NCBI GenBank assembly: GCA_963674745.2
Contig: CAXXDV010000002.1
Span: forward strand, 32,001-96,000
Length of the DNA: 64,000 bases
Reading direction: 5' to 3'
Source of the DNA: Desulfosudaceae bacterium
Lineage (GTDB): Bacteria; Desulfobacterota; Desulfobacteria; Desulfobacterales; Desulfosudaceae
Part shown: positions 11,891-20,933 of the stretch, piece by piece
Numbering within the stretch: the first letter of the stretch is position 1
Layout: each line of letters opens with the position of its first letter
Notes under the pieces: generated by a model
What the model was told of the DNA's origin: nothing
What the model saw: only the letters and a program-made list of their open reading frames with translations
The model's database searches: none
Program-made: the position numbers and the translations under genes

Positions 11891-11905
11891 GCAAGTGGTG
11901 TGCCA
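11891..11905 (-). promoter_or_regulatory. sigma54 -24/-12 promoter of the tauE operon
   Basis: Minus strand reads TGGCACACCACTTGC (GG-N10-GC), about 60 nt upstream of the start. Confidence 0.8.
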
Positions 11906-12257
11906 TTTGGGGCGATGCGGGGTCTAAAATAAAAATGTCCTTTTAAAAAAGACCGTTAGAAATAACCAGGGGCGCCGGGTGCAAAAAAAAAAATTAAAAA
12001 AAAGGGTTGCTGATAAAAATTTTTGGAACTATTGTCCTATTTTTATTGCACTTTTTTATATTTATTTGAAATATAACGGGTTTTTGTGGCAATATAATTA
12101 TTTCACTGAATTCTTTTTGTTGCATTAAAAGCGGTTCACATTCTTTTAAGCCTGTGACCCGATGCCGAGACTCATATTCTTATTCTTGAAATTATTAGTT
12201 ATTATACTTTTAATAGCCCGCCGTTTTTTTATTTCAGCCATTGTCGGCCTTTTTTCT

Positions 12258-12272
12258 TGGTATGGATATTGC
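12258..12272 (+). promoter_or_regulatory. sigma54 -24/-12 promoter of the molybdoenzyme operon
   Basis: TGGTATGGATATTGC (GG-N10-GC), about 65 nt upstream of ATG 12337. Confidence 0.7.
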
Positions 12273-12336
12273 GAATTAAATTTTTCCAAGTCTGATCGAT
12301 AAACGCAAAACAGAAAGATATACGGAGGTTTAAAAA

Positions 12337-14463
12337 ATGGCGCATCAGACGGTTTTCAGCGTATGCGGCATGTGCACAGTCCGCTGTCCCATCATAGCGG
12401 ATGTAAAAGACGGCCGGCTTCTTTGCCTGCGGGGGAATCCCCATGCACCGGGTATGAGCAGGGGCATTTGCGCCCGGGGGGCTGCGGGAATTGCCCTGGT
12501 GGAGGATAATGAACGACCCCGGACCCCGCTGATTAGAAAGGGAAACCGGGGGGAAGGCAAATGGCGGAAGGCCTCCTGGGATGAGGCCTTTGATTATGTG
12601 ACCGAGAAGCTGACCGGGATTTTTGATGAACACGGCCCCCGCAGCCTTTTGTTGACCGATCGGGGCGGGCCTTTTCGGGACATGCACCGGGCCTTTTTAC
12701 GCGGGCTGGGGACGCCCAACTATTGCAATCATGACGGTTCCTGCGCCCGCAACGTTCAGCACGCGGCCCTGTCGGTTTTTGGCTCCGGGCGCAAAGATGT
12801 GGTTTATGATTTAAAAAACGCCCGCCATGTGGTGTTGCAGACCCGTAACCTGTTTGAAGCCATTAACGTGCGCGAAGTCAATGAACTTACCGCCGCGCTG
12901 GAGGCCGGCTGCCGGCTGTCCGTGATTGACATCCGCAGCACCGTATCGGCCACCCGGGCTCACAATTTTTTCCAGGTCCGGCCGGGTACGGACTATGCCT
13001 TCAACCTGGCCGTGATTCATGAACTCATCGACAAAAAACTGTACGATGTCGGCTTCGTGGAAAAGTATGTGGCGGATTTTGACCGGCTGGAAGATTTTGT
13101 CCGGTTATGTACGCCGGAATGGGCTGAAAAAGAGACGGGTGTTTCCGCACTTCGGCTTCGTGCGTTTGTAAAGGAACTGGCCGAAGCCGCTCCGGCTGTT
13201 CTGTGGCATCCGGGCTGGATGACGGCCCGTTACCGCAACTCTTTTTATGTTTCCCGCAGCATCTATATTATTAACGCCCTGCTGGGTTCTGTGGGCGCTA
13301 AAGGCGGATTGCCGATTACCAACAAGCCGGCGGATTACAATCGTTCAGGGCTTTCGAAGTTTATGGACCTTTATGAAAAGCCCTCGGAAAAACGAGCTGA
13401 CGGGGCAGGATGGAAGTATCCCCATTTTGAACCAGGCCCCGGTGTCACCCATCTGGCATACAAGGCCATTGAAACCCAGGACCCTTATCCCGTAAAAGCC
13501 TATATCGCCTGGCGGCATGATCCGCTCATGGGGTGCGCCGATCCCGACCACATGATGAAAGTGTTTTCCAATCTGGATCTTCTGGTCTCGGTCACCTTCT
13601 CCTGGTCGGACACGGCCTGGTTTTCCGACGTGGTACTGCCCCTGTCACCCTATCCGGAGCGGGAAAGTATCCTGGCCTGTAAAAACGACCTGGTGCCGTA
13701 CCTGTTCATGCGTAAGCGGGCGGTGGAACCCCGGTATGACACCAAAGCCGACTGGGAGATTGTCTCCGGTTTGGCCCGACGCCTGGGGCTAAAAGAGCTG
13801 GTCTATGATTCAGTAGAAGATATATGGAATTTTCAGCTTCAGGGAACCGGTATCGATTTAAGCGATTTTGATGAGCAGGGAGTGGTGCTGCTGGGAGAAA
13901 AGATTCTGTATCGGGATCGGGGAAACATGACCTTTAAAACACCTTCCGGAAAAATTGAAATCATCAGCCAGCGGCTGGAGGAACAGGGGCTTTCTTCTCT
14001 GGCGCCATATGAATCCCCCATCCGGCCGCCCAGGGGGGCTTTCCGTTTAACTTTCGGGAGATGCGGTGTTCACACCCAGGGACATACGGTCAATAACCCG
14101 CTGCTGTTTGAGCAGATGCCGGAAAATGTGCTCTGGATTAATGATAAGGCAGCCGAAAAGCTGGGTATTGCCGATGATGATCTGGTGGAAGTGGGCAATG
14201 CCGACGGATATACCGAGACGATTCGGGCCAGGGTCACCGATCAGATTCATCCTGATGCGGTTTTTACCGTCCACGGCTTCGGCCATCGTCTGCCGGTTGA
14301 AAGCAGGGCCAGGGGCCGGGGGCTGGCGGATAACCGGTTCATGCCGCGAGGCAATGATATCTGGGACAAGGCCGGGGGTGCCGTGGCGTTTCAGGAACAT
14401 TTCGTAACCGTGAAAAAAGCATCTGAAGACACCTTGCCTGAGGATAAAAGGAGCGTAAAATGA
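12337..14463 (+). CDS. Molybdopterin oxidoreductase catalytic subunit, Psr/Phs (polysulfide/thiosulfate reductase)-like, no Tat signal
   Basis: N-terminal CGMCTVRC...C [4Fe-4S], WDEA, TPNYCNHDGSC Mo-ligand region, SDVVLP, FKTPSGKIE, HGFGH. Confidence 0.85.
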   Translation: MAHQTVFSVCGMCTVRCPIIADVKDGRLLCLRGNPHAPGMSRGICARGAAGIALVEDNERPRTPLIRKGNRGEGKWRKASWDEAFDYVTEKLTGIFDEHGPRSLLLTDRGGPFRDMHRAFLRGLGTPNYCNHDGSCARNVQHAALSVFGSGRKDVVYDLKNARHVVLQTRNLFEAINVREVNELTAALEAGCRLSVIDIRSTVSATRAHNFFQVRPGTDYAFNLAVIHELIDKKLYDVGFVEKYVADFDRLEDFVRLCTPEWAEKETGVSALRLRAFVKELAEAAPAVLWHPGWMTARYRNSFYVSRSIYIINALLGSVGAKGGLPITNKPADYNRSGLSKFMDLYEKPSEKRADGAGWKYPHFEPGPGVTHLAYKAIETQDPYPVKAYIAWRHDPLMGCADPDHMMKVFSNLDLLVSVTFSWSDTAWFSDVVLPLSPYPERESILACKNDLVPYLFMRKRAVEPRYDTKADWEIVSGLARRLGLKELVYDSVEDIWNFQLQGTGIDLSDFDEQGVVLLGEKILYRDRGNMTFKTPSGKIEIISQRLEEQGLSSLAPYESPIRPPRGAFRLTFGRCGVHTQGHTVNNPLLFEQMPENVLWINDKAAEKLGIADDDLVEVGNADGYTETIRARVTDQIHPDAVFTVHGFGHRLPVESRARGRGLADNRFMPRGNDIWDKAGGAVAFQEHFVTVKKASEDTLPEDKRSVK

Positions 14464-14966
14464 GTCAGTATTCCCTGATACAGGACAGCGTTAAATGCGT
14501 TCGGTGTCATGCCTGTGAAGTACAGTGTAAAGTCAACAAGGGGCTTCCGCAAGGTCCACGGCTCTGCCAGGTGGTTGAAGTGGGGCCGAAACTGGTGGGC
14601 GACCGCCCCCGGGCCTCTTATGTCTATATGTCCTGCTTTCACTGCGAAAAGCCATGGTGTCTGGCGGCCTGCCCCACCGGGGCCATGCAGAAACGGGATG
14701 ATGGCATCGTTTTTATCGATCACGATGAGTGCGTGGGGTGTAAAGCCTGTATACGGGCCTGTCCCTGGGGCGCGCCCCAGTGGGACCCGGAAAGAAAATT
14801 GGTAGTAAAATGTGATTTTTGTATGGACCGGATTGACCATGGCCTGGACCCGGCCTGCGTGGAAGCCTGTATTACCGGATGCCTGAGTTTCGGTAAGGCC
14901 AATGAATTGCCGCAGACCCGCCGGGAACGACATGCCCGGATCGTGTCTGAAGGTGATTTCGAATAG
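14460..14966 (+). CDS. 4x[4Fe-4S] electron-transfer subunit (PsrB/DmsB-like)
   Basis: CVRCHACEVQC, CFHCEKPWCLAACP, CVGCKACIRACP, KCDFC...PACVEAC. Confidence 0.92.
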   Translation: MSQYSLIQDSVKCVRCHACEVQCKVNKGLPQGPRLCQVVEVGPKLVGDRPRASYVYMSCFHCEKPWCLAACPTGAMQKRDDGIVFIDHDECVGCKACIRACPWGAPQWDPERKLVVKCDFCMDRIDHGLDPACVEACITGCLSFGKANELPQTRRERHARIVSEGDFE

Positions 14967-14977
14967 AGGAGAAACGT

Positions 14978-17143
14978 ATGGCAAATAACGGCTGCCCTGT
15001 CCATAATACGCTCTCCTTCCTGAGAGATGCCATTGAAGGCGGGGCTTTCAAGATTCCCAAAACCAGGCGTATTGCCTTGGAAGTCATGGAACTGGTAGAG
15101 GATCTGGCCAGGGGCCGTGGCGGGCCCGAACATGTGCCGGCCCTGGAATCCTGTGTAGATGAACTTGTGGCCAATGCCTCGGACGGGGAAGCCGGCCAGG
15201 CGGCCCAAAAAGTGCAGATCAGCCTGCTGCAGTTTCGAGAGGTCTTTGAGAGCCATGCCGAGACCCATACCTGCGCCGGCGGTGATTGTGTCCGCCTGAC
15301 ACCGGCGCCCTGCCAGTTGGCCTGTCCGGCGGGAATTGATATTCCCTCTTACCTGACCCTGGTGGGCCAGGGGCGGTATGCCGAAGCGGTTAAGGTGATT
15401 CGTGAAGACAACCCATTCCCCTGGGTGTGCGGGCTGGTCTGTACCCACCCTTGCGAGTTCATGTGCGTTCGGGCCCGGATGGATTCTTCTGTGGCTATCA
15501 TGGATTTAAAGGGCGTGGCCGCGGAAAAGGCCATGTCGGCCCGGCAATACCGTAACCCGGAACCCGCCCCGGATAACGGCCACAAGGTTTGTGTTATCGG
15601 TGCCGGTCCGGGTGGACTGACAGCGGCATATTATCTGGCGCTCAAGGGGTACCGGGTAACCATCATCGAAGCCCTGCCGGTTTCCGGCGGCATGATGATG
15701 GTGGGAATTCCCCGTTACCGGCTGCCGCGGGAGGTGATCGATCGGGAAGTGTCCATGATCGAGGCGCTCGGCGTGGAATTTCGTTATAACACGTGCCTGG
15801 GAAAAGATATTACACTTGAAGATCTGCGTGGAGAAGGCTTTGAGGCTTATCTACTGGCTATTGGTGCGCATGGTTCGTATAAATTGATGATCCCCGGAGA
15901 GGAAGATTACCTTCAGGTCTTTCCGGCTGTGGATTTCTTGCGCCGGGTATCTCTGGGCGATCACCGGCCGCCGGGCCGTCGGGTGGCGGTTATCGGCGGC
16001 GGCAATGTCGCCATTGATGCGGCCCGGACTTGTCTGCGCCTGGGCAGTGAGGAAGTAACCATTCTTTACCGGCGGACACATGATCAGATGCCGGCCCATC
16101 ATGAGGAAGTGGTCGAGGCCGAGGAAGAAGGAATTCATTTCTCGTTTCTGACGATCCCCAAAAAAATCGTCGGGGAAAACGGCAGTGTTAAAGCGATTGT
16201 GTGCGTTCGGGCCGCATTAAGCCCGCCGGACGAAGCCGGGCGGCAGCGCCCCGTCCCTCTGGAGGGGAGCGAATATGAAATGGCCGTGGATACGGTTATT
16301 CCGGCCATCGGTCAGGAAATAGACGGCCGGGGGCTGGAAGGATTTCAAAGTATGCAGTGGACCCGGCGAAACACCATTCATGTCAATACCATCAGTATGG
16401 AAACGGATCAGGAAGGCGTGTTTGCCGTGGGTGACGCGGTAACCGGACCGGCCACGGTGGTTGAGGCTATTGCCGGCGGTAAGAAAGCGGCCATTGCCAT
16501 TCATCGCTATTTTGAAAAACTGCCCCAGCCGCAATTCCCGCCCGCGCCCACGCGGCGGCGGCGCATGAATTTTTTCCAGGTCCCGGCGGGCCTGAAGAAC
16601 GATTTAAAACGGGTGCAGATGCCGTTTTTGAATAATGACCGGCGGCGGATCACCTTTCAGCAGGTGCGATTGGGATTGGATGATACCCAGGCTGCCAATG
16701 AAGCCAGGCGATGTTTAAGGTGTGACGTATGTATCCGGTGCGGCCGGTGTGTTGAAATCTGCCGGGACAAGATGGGGATCGGCGCGCTGGAACTCGGCTA
16801 CATGAATTTTGATCATCCCGGTCTCACGGATTTCAAAATCACGGCCGAGCGCTGCATCGCCTGCGGGGCCTGCGCCGCCAACTGCCCCACCGGTGCCATG
16901 CAGATGACGGACCAGGAGGGGTTCCGGGTGCTTTCCCTGTGTGGAACGGAACTGAACCGTCTGGAACTTGAATATTGCCGGACCTGCGGGGCGGTTATCG
17001 GCCCCGCCCGTTATCATGATTATGTCACGCAACGGATAAGGGAAATCAGTCCCCAGCTGGATGACGCCCGGATGTGCCTGGACTGCGCCCGAAAATCAAC
17101 CGGCCGGGTTCAGGCGGAAATCGAGCCGCCGGAAAATATCTGA
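14978..17143 (+). CDS. GltD/NfnB/SudA-like FAD/NAD(P)-dependent Fe-S oxidoreductase
   Basis: PCQLACPAGIDIP, CGLVCTHPCE, GAGPGG, GGGNVAID, YRR, GDAVTGP, C-terminal ferredoxin motifs. Confidence 0.88.
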   Translation: MANNGCPVHNTLSFLRDAIEGGAFKIPKTRRIALEVMELVEDLARGRGGPEHVPALESCVDELVANASDGEAGQAAQKVQISLLQFREVFESHAETHTCAGGDCVRLTPAPCQLACPAGIDIPSYLTLVGQGRYAEAVKVIREDNPFPWVCGLVCTHPCEFMCVRARMDSSVAIMDLKGVAAEKAMSARQYRNPEPAPDNGHKVCVIGAGPGGLTAAYYLALKGYRVTIIEALPVSGGMMMVGIPRYRLPREVIDREVSMIEALGVEFRYNTCLGKDITLEDLRGEGFEAYLLAIGAHGSYKLMIPGEEDYLQVFPAVDFLRRVSLGDHRPPGRRVAVIGGGNVAIDAARTCLRLGSEEVTILYRRTHDQMPAHHEEVVEAEEEGIHFSFLTIPKKIVGENGSVKAIVCVRAALSPPDEAGRQRPVPLEGSEYEMAVDTVIPAIGQEIDGRGLEGFQSMQWTRRNTIHVNTISMETDQEGVFAVGDAVTGPATVVEAIAGGKKAAIAIHRYFEKLPQPQFPPAPTRRRRMNFFQVPAGLKNDLKRVQMPFLNNDRRRITFQQVRLGLDDTQAANEARRCLRCDVCIRCGRCVEICRDKMGIGALELGYMNFDHPGLTDFKITAERCIACGACAANCPTGAMQMTDQEGFRVLSLCGTELNRLELEYCRTCGAVIGPARYHDYVTQRIREISPQLDDARMCLDCARKSTGRVQAEIEPPENI

Positions 17144-17183
17144 CGCTGCAGGCGCAATCAATTTTTTTGAGAGGTTGAAGACT

Positions 17184-17393
17184 ATGGTTTTTAGAAATGG
17201 CCAGAAAGTGGAAATTGTCAGACGGTCGGCGGATGAAAGCTGGGAGCCTTATATGGATGCCTTTATCGGACTTCACGGTATTATTACCGATCCGGACGCA
17301 GCCAAAAATGATCCGGATGCCCTGGTGGAAGTCAGCCTGGACGAAAAGGGAACCCACCGCTTTCCCCAGGATTGTCTGCGGGTTCTACCTTGA
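17184..17393 (+). CDS. Small hypothetical protein (SH3-like pattern)
   Basis: GAGG RBS then ATG 17184; 69 aa MVFRNGQKVEIV...RFPQDCLRVLP. Confidence 0.65.
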   Translation: MVFRNGQKVEIVRRSADESWEPYMDAFIGLHGIITDPDAAKNDPDALVEVSLDEKGTHRFPQDCLRVLP

Positions 17394-17468
17394 CCCCTTT
17401 CAGGAGCCGTCAACTGTAATGAAAAATTTATAATGGGTTTACGATAACCGATCGTATCGGAGGCATGC

Positions 17469-18971
17469 ATGCGGCTAAACCAGCGGTTTTTATTGTTAAC
17501 GGCCTTTTTCGGCCTGATGATTGGCCTGGCTGTGTCCGTGGGTGCGGCTGATAGTCCTAAAAGAACCATCAGGGGAAACATGACGGAGAACTACAAGATC
17601 CTCCCCGGCGAAGCGGACAGCATTTTCGATATGTTTTCACAGGGTGTTTTCTACGGTCGGATTCGCATTAATACGTTCCGGTGGGAGTGGGAAGAGGAGA
17701 CCACCAAAAGTAAGGACAACTGGGCGGTCGGCGTCGGCGGCAGCCTGATCTTTAAATCCGCCTATCTGCACGGCCTTGGAATGACGGCTGGTCTTTACAC
17801 ATCCCAGAATCCCTGGCGTATGGATGAATATGATGTGGGCTTTATCAAGTCCGGTAAGGATGTCCTTTCACGGCACAAGGTCGCCACGCACAATGAGTTC
17901 GGCATGACGGCGCTGGCCCAGGCCTTTGTCGAATACAAATACAATAAATCGGGCATCAGGGTGGGGCGCCAGATTTTTGAGAGCCTGCTGACGAAATCCA
18001 ACGATACCAAAATGATCCCCAATACCTTTAACGGGATTTCTCTGACCAGCCAATTGGTGCCTGATACGTCGTTTAAGGCGGCCTATTTTACAAAGCAGAA
18101 ACTGAGGGACCACACCTCTTTTCATCATGTCCTGGCCTATGGTGATCAGGCGGATGACGACGTTGCCAAATGGAACGAAAATGATGATTCGGCCATGCAC
18201 AAAGGGATCACGACCTCCAGGCTGGAGGCGAAAAATATTCATGACCGCCTCGTTATTGTTGAAGCGACAAACAAAACCCTCCCCAACCTTTCGGTAATGG
18301 TAAACTACACTGCGGTACCTGACCTGATATGGACCGCTACCGGAGAACTGAACTACGCCATTAAATTCGACAACGGGATACAAGTTGTGCCGGGGTTCAG
18401 GTACCTGCAGCAGTTTGACAGAAATGCCGGGACCATCGGCGGTGCTTCGTTGAAGGCCAAAATTTCCCAAACAGACAGCCGGGGATATGAACATCCTTTT
18501 GATATGGACGGTAAGCTCTATACTCTCCGGGTGAATGTAAAAAAAGGCGCTGGGAGTGTTCTGTTCGGGTATTCAAAAGTGGCCAATGAAGCGGACCTGC
18601 TGACGCCCTGGCGAGGTTTTCCCACCGGCGGGTATACCCGGGCCATGGCCCAGTATAACTGGTATGCCAAAACGGCAACCTTCATGGCCCAGTTTAAATA
18701 TGATTTTGACAAGGCCGAACTTGTTCCGGGCTTAAGCGCCATGATCCGGTATGCTAGCCAGGACTTTGACGACAATAAGCCGGATGTTCAGGCCGATACC
18801 GATGTTTATACCCTGGACCTGATACAGAATATATGGGCTGTTCCCGGCCTTATGCTTAAATGCCGGATTGCGGTTGTCAGGGGGGATGACGATACGGTCG
18901 ACATGAACGGGCAGGAGAAGTCGGATCCGTCATATAACGAGTATCGTTTTGGGATAAACTATCTGTTTTGA
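17469..18971 (+). CDS. Outer-membrane porin, OprD-like
   Basis: Signal peptide, amphipathic beta strands, GIRVGRQ, C-terminal EYRFGINYLF. Confidence 0.8.
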   Translation: MRLNQRFLLLTAFFGLMIGLAVSVGAADSPKRTIRGNMTENYKILPGEADSIFDMFSQGVFYGRIRINTFRWEWEEETTKSKDNWAVGVGGSLIFKSAYLHGLGMTAGLYTSQNPWRMDEYDVGFIKSGKDVLSRHKVATHNEFGMTALAQAFVEYKYNKSGIRVGRQIFESLLTKSNDTKMIPNTFNGISLTSQLVPDTSFKAAYFTKQKLRDHTSFHHVLAYGDQADDDVAKWNENDDSAMHKGITTSRLEAKNIHDRLVIVEATNKTLPNLSVMVNYTAVPDLIWTATGELNYAIKFDNGIQVVPGFRYLQQFDRNAGTIGGASLKAKISQTDSRGYEHPFDMDGKLYTLRVNVKKGAGSVLFGYSKVANEADLLTPWRGFPTGGYTRAMAQYNWYAKTATFMAQFKYDFDKAELVPGLSAMIRYASQDFDDNKPDVQADTDVYTLDLIQNIWAVPGLMLKCRIAVVRGDDDTVDMNGQEKSDPSYNEYRFGINYLF

Positions 18972-20639
18972 TTATTGAAAATTGGAGTGGTAAATCTCTT
19001 CCTGCTCGTCCAGGATATCGATTAAGATCGCCATGTCCGTCATGGGGTTCATGATGACACAGCGCAGTACCACGATGCCTTTTTCATCATGCTTGCGCAT
19101 CAACGTGGTCCGTGAGACAAAGCTTTTTCCCGCTTCCCGCTGTACCCGCTGGACCGTCCGGTTGATCTCGTTCAGTTCGGCTGTGGCCCGGCCCCGTTCT
19201 TCTTCACCGCCCTGTATCATGACCTTTTTGAGGTGCGGCGGGCAGACCCGGTAGGTCAGGATGTTGAGCTGGGGATGTGTGACCACTTCAAACAGTCGCC
19301 TTTTGTCAATCTCCCGGGCGAAATTCCGGGCGGTAATCAGGCCGTGGTCGATCAGCAGGGCGTATCCGTTTTTGCCCATGATTTTAAGGGCGCTGTCTAA
19401 GACCAGTGAGTTGGCTTCCCGGGATCCGGCCAGTGACTTGATGCCGAGGTCGACCGAACCGCGCCGGTTGACGTAGTTGGCGTGATAGGACACCTGGTCC
19501 ATCATGTAAGGGTCTTTGAAGTAGACCATGCCGCAGCTCATGGGCATGTAGAACTGCTTGTGACCGTCAATGGTCACCGAATCGGCCAGTTCGATGCCGT
19601 CCAGCAGGTGCTTGTGCTTTTCCGACATGAGGGTCGGTCCTCCCCAGGCCGCATCCACATGATAGAAAATGTTTTCCCTGGCGCAGATTTCGCCTATTTC
19701 CCGTAAAGGATCAATGGCGCCGGTTTCGGTGGCGCCGGCAATTCCCACCACGGCAATGATTTTGGTCGCGGCGTCCTTTTTGATGTCCTCGATGGTATTG
19801 GTCAGACAATTGATGTCGAGTCGATGCTCATTGTCGACATCAACCGGAACAATATTCCGGTTGCCGATGCCGAGAACCCCGCCGGCTTTTCTCAGGGAAT
19901 AGTGTCCCCGCCGGGAAACCAGGATAACGCTTTTTTTGACTCCGTAATGGCGGTATGCCGCCATAAGTCCTTCGTCTTCGATGCCTTCGAAGGCGGCGCT
20001 CTCCTGCCGGGGAAAAGCCATGTTCCTGGCCACCCACAGGGCCGTCAGATTGGCCGTTGTGCCGCCTTCGACAAAACAACCCAGGGTTGTATGAATATTC
20101 TGGACATGCAGATCGTAAAACGCTTCCGGCAGCTGAAATATCAGACGATGGATTTTGGCCAGTACCTGTTTTTCAAGAACGGAAAATACTTTTGAGGTTT
20201 CCAGTTTGACCACATTCTGGTTTAAGGCGGCGGCGATGGTTTTTAAGTGAACCATGAAAAACGGAATGGCGGATGTCATATGACCGACAAAATAGGGGGA
20301 GGCCACGTTCACGCCGTGGGGAGAGATGTCTTTGATCAACTCCCGGATGACGTCAGCCAGCTTTTTTTCCGGATTTTCATTGATGCGGGTTTCCTTGAAA
20401 CAGTCGGCCAACTCTTTTAAGCTGATGGCTTCGGTGATGCCGACATGTTTTTTGAGAAAATCGTGAAGTCCGAAAAGGATCTGCTCCATATATTTAACCA
20501 GCGTCGCCCGGCAGGCCTCGTCTTCAGGCCGGATAAAGGCCCGCATCAAAGCATCCCAGTCGGCTATTAATGTGGTCGGAGGGGTAGGCGTGGTCTGGTC
20601 AGGCGGTATTTCCACAGTCGGGGTTTTAATGTTCCGCAT
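18972..20639 (-). CDS. panP: Group II PLP-dependent decarboxylase, PanP-like aspartate 1-decarboxylase
   Basis: FVGHMTSAIPFF, LNQNVVKLETSK, GGTTANLTALWVARN, HVDAAWGG, DSVTIDGHK (PLP lysine). Confidence 0.75.
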   Translation of the reverse strand: MRNIKTPTVEIPPDQTTPTPPTTLIADWDALMRAFIRPEDEACRATLVKYMEQILFGLHDFLKKHVGITEAISLKELADCFKETRINENPEKKLADVIRELIKDISPHGVNVASPYFVGHMTSAIPFFMVHLKTIAAALNQNVVKLETSKVFSVLEKQVLAKIHRLIFQLPEAFYDLHVQNIHTTLGCFVEGGTTANLTALWVARNMAFPRQESAAFEGIEDEGLMAAYRHYGVKKSVILVSRRGHYSLRKAGGVLGIGNRNIVPVDVDNEHRLDINCLTNTIEDIKKDAATKIIAVVGIAGATETGAIDPLREIGEICARENIFYHVDAAWGGPTLMSEKHKHLLDGIELADSVTIDGHKQFYMPMSCGMVYFKDPYMMDQVSYHANYVNRRGSVDLGIKSLAGSREANSLVLDSALKIMGKNGYALLIDHGLITARNFAREIDKRRLFEVVTHPQLNILTYRVCPPHLKKVMIQGGEEERGRATAELNEINRTVQRVQREAGKSFVSRTTLMRKHDEKGIVVLRCVIMNPMTDMAILIDILDEQEEIYHSNFQ

Positions 20640-20933
20640 TGTATTTATTTACCTGTTTTAACAGCAAAAATAAGGACTCATGTCCAAAATTTATTTATAT
20701 TACCATCAGTGCGACCGGATTTCAAAATAAAATTGATGTTATTCAAAGGGGTTTTGTTTTTCAAACAGAATTATCAAAAAGTTGGAATCGTCCATGATTT
20801 GCTGCCGACAACAGTTGACATGCCATTAAACTTTATATAAAAGTATAGAGCGGCTTTTTATAGCAGCCGATAATATTGAAAATACAGTATAGATTAAGGT
20901 TTATTAAGCGGTTCCGGGAGGACAGGTTGTAAA

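Noticed and set aside
20815..20843. sigma70 promoter for fdh (TTGACA...)
   Set aside because: Perfect -35 but no good -10 at 16-18 nt spacing; too weak to call
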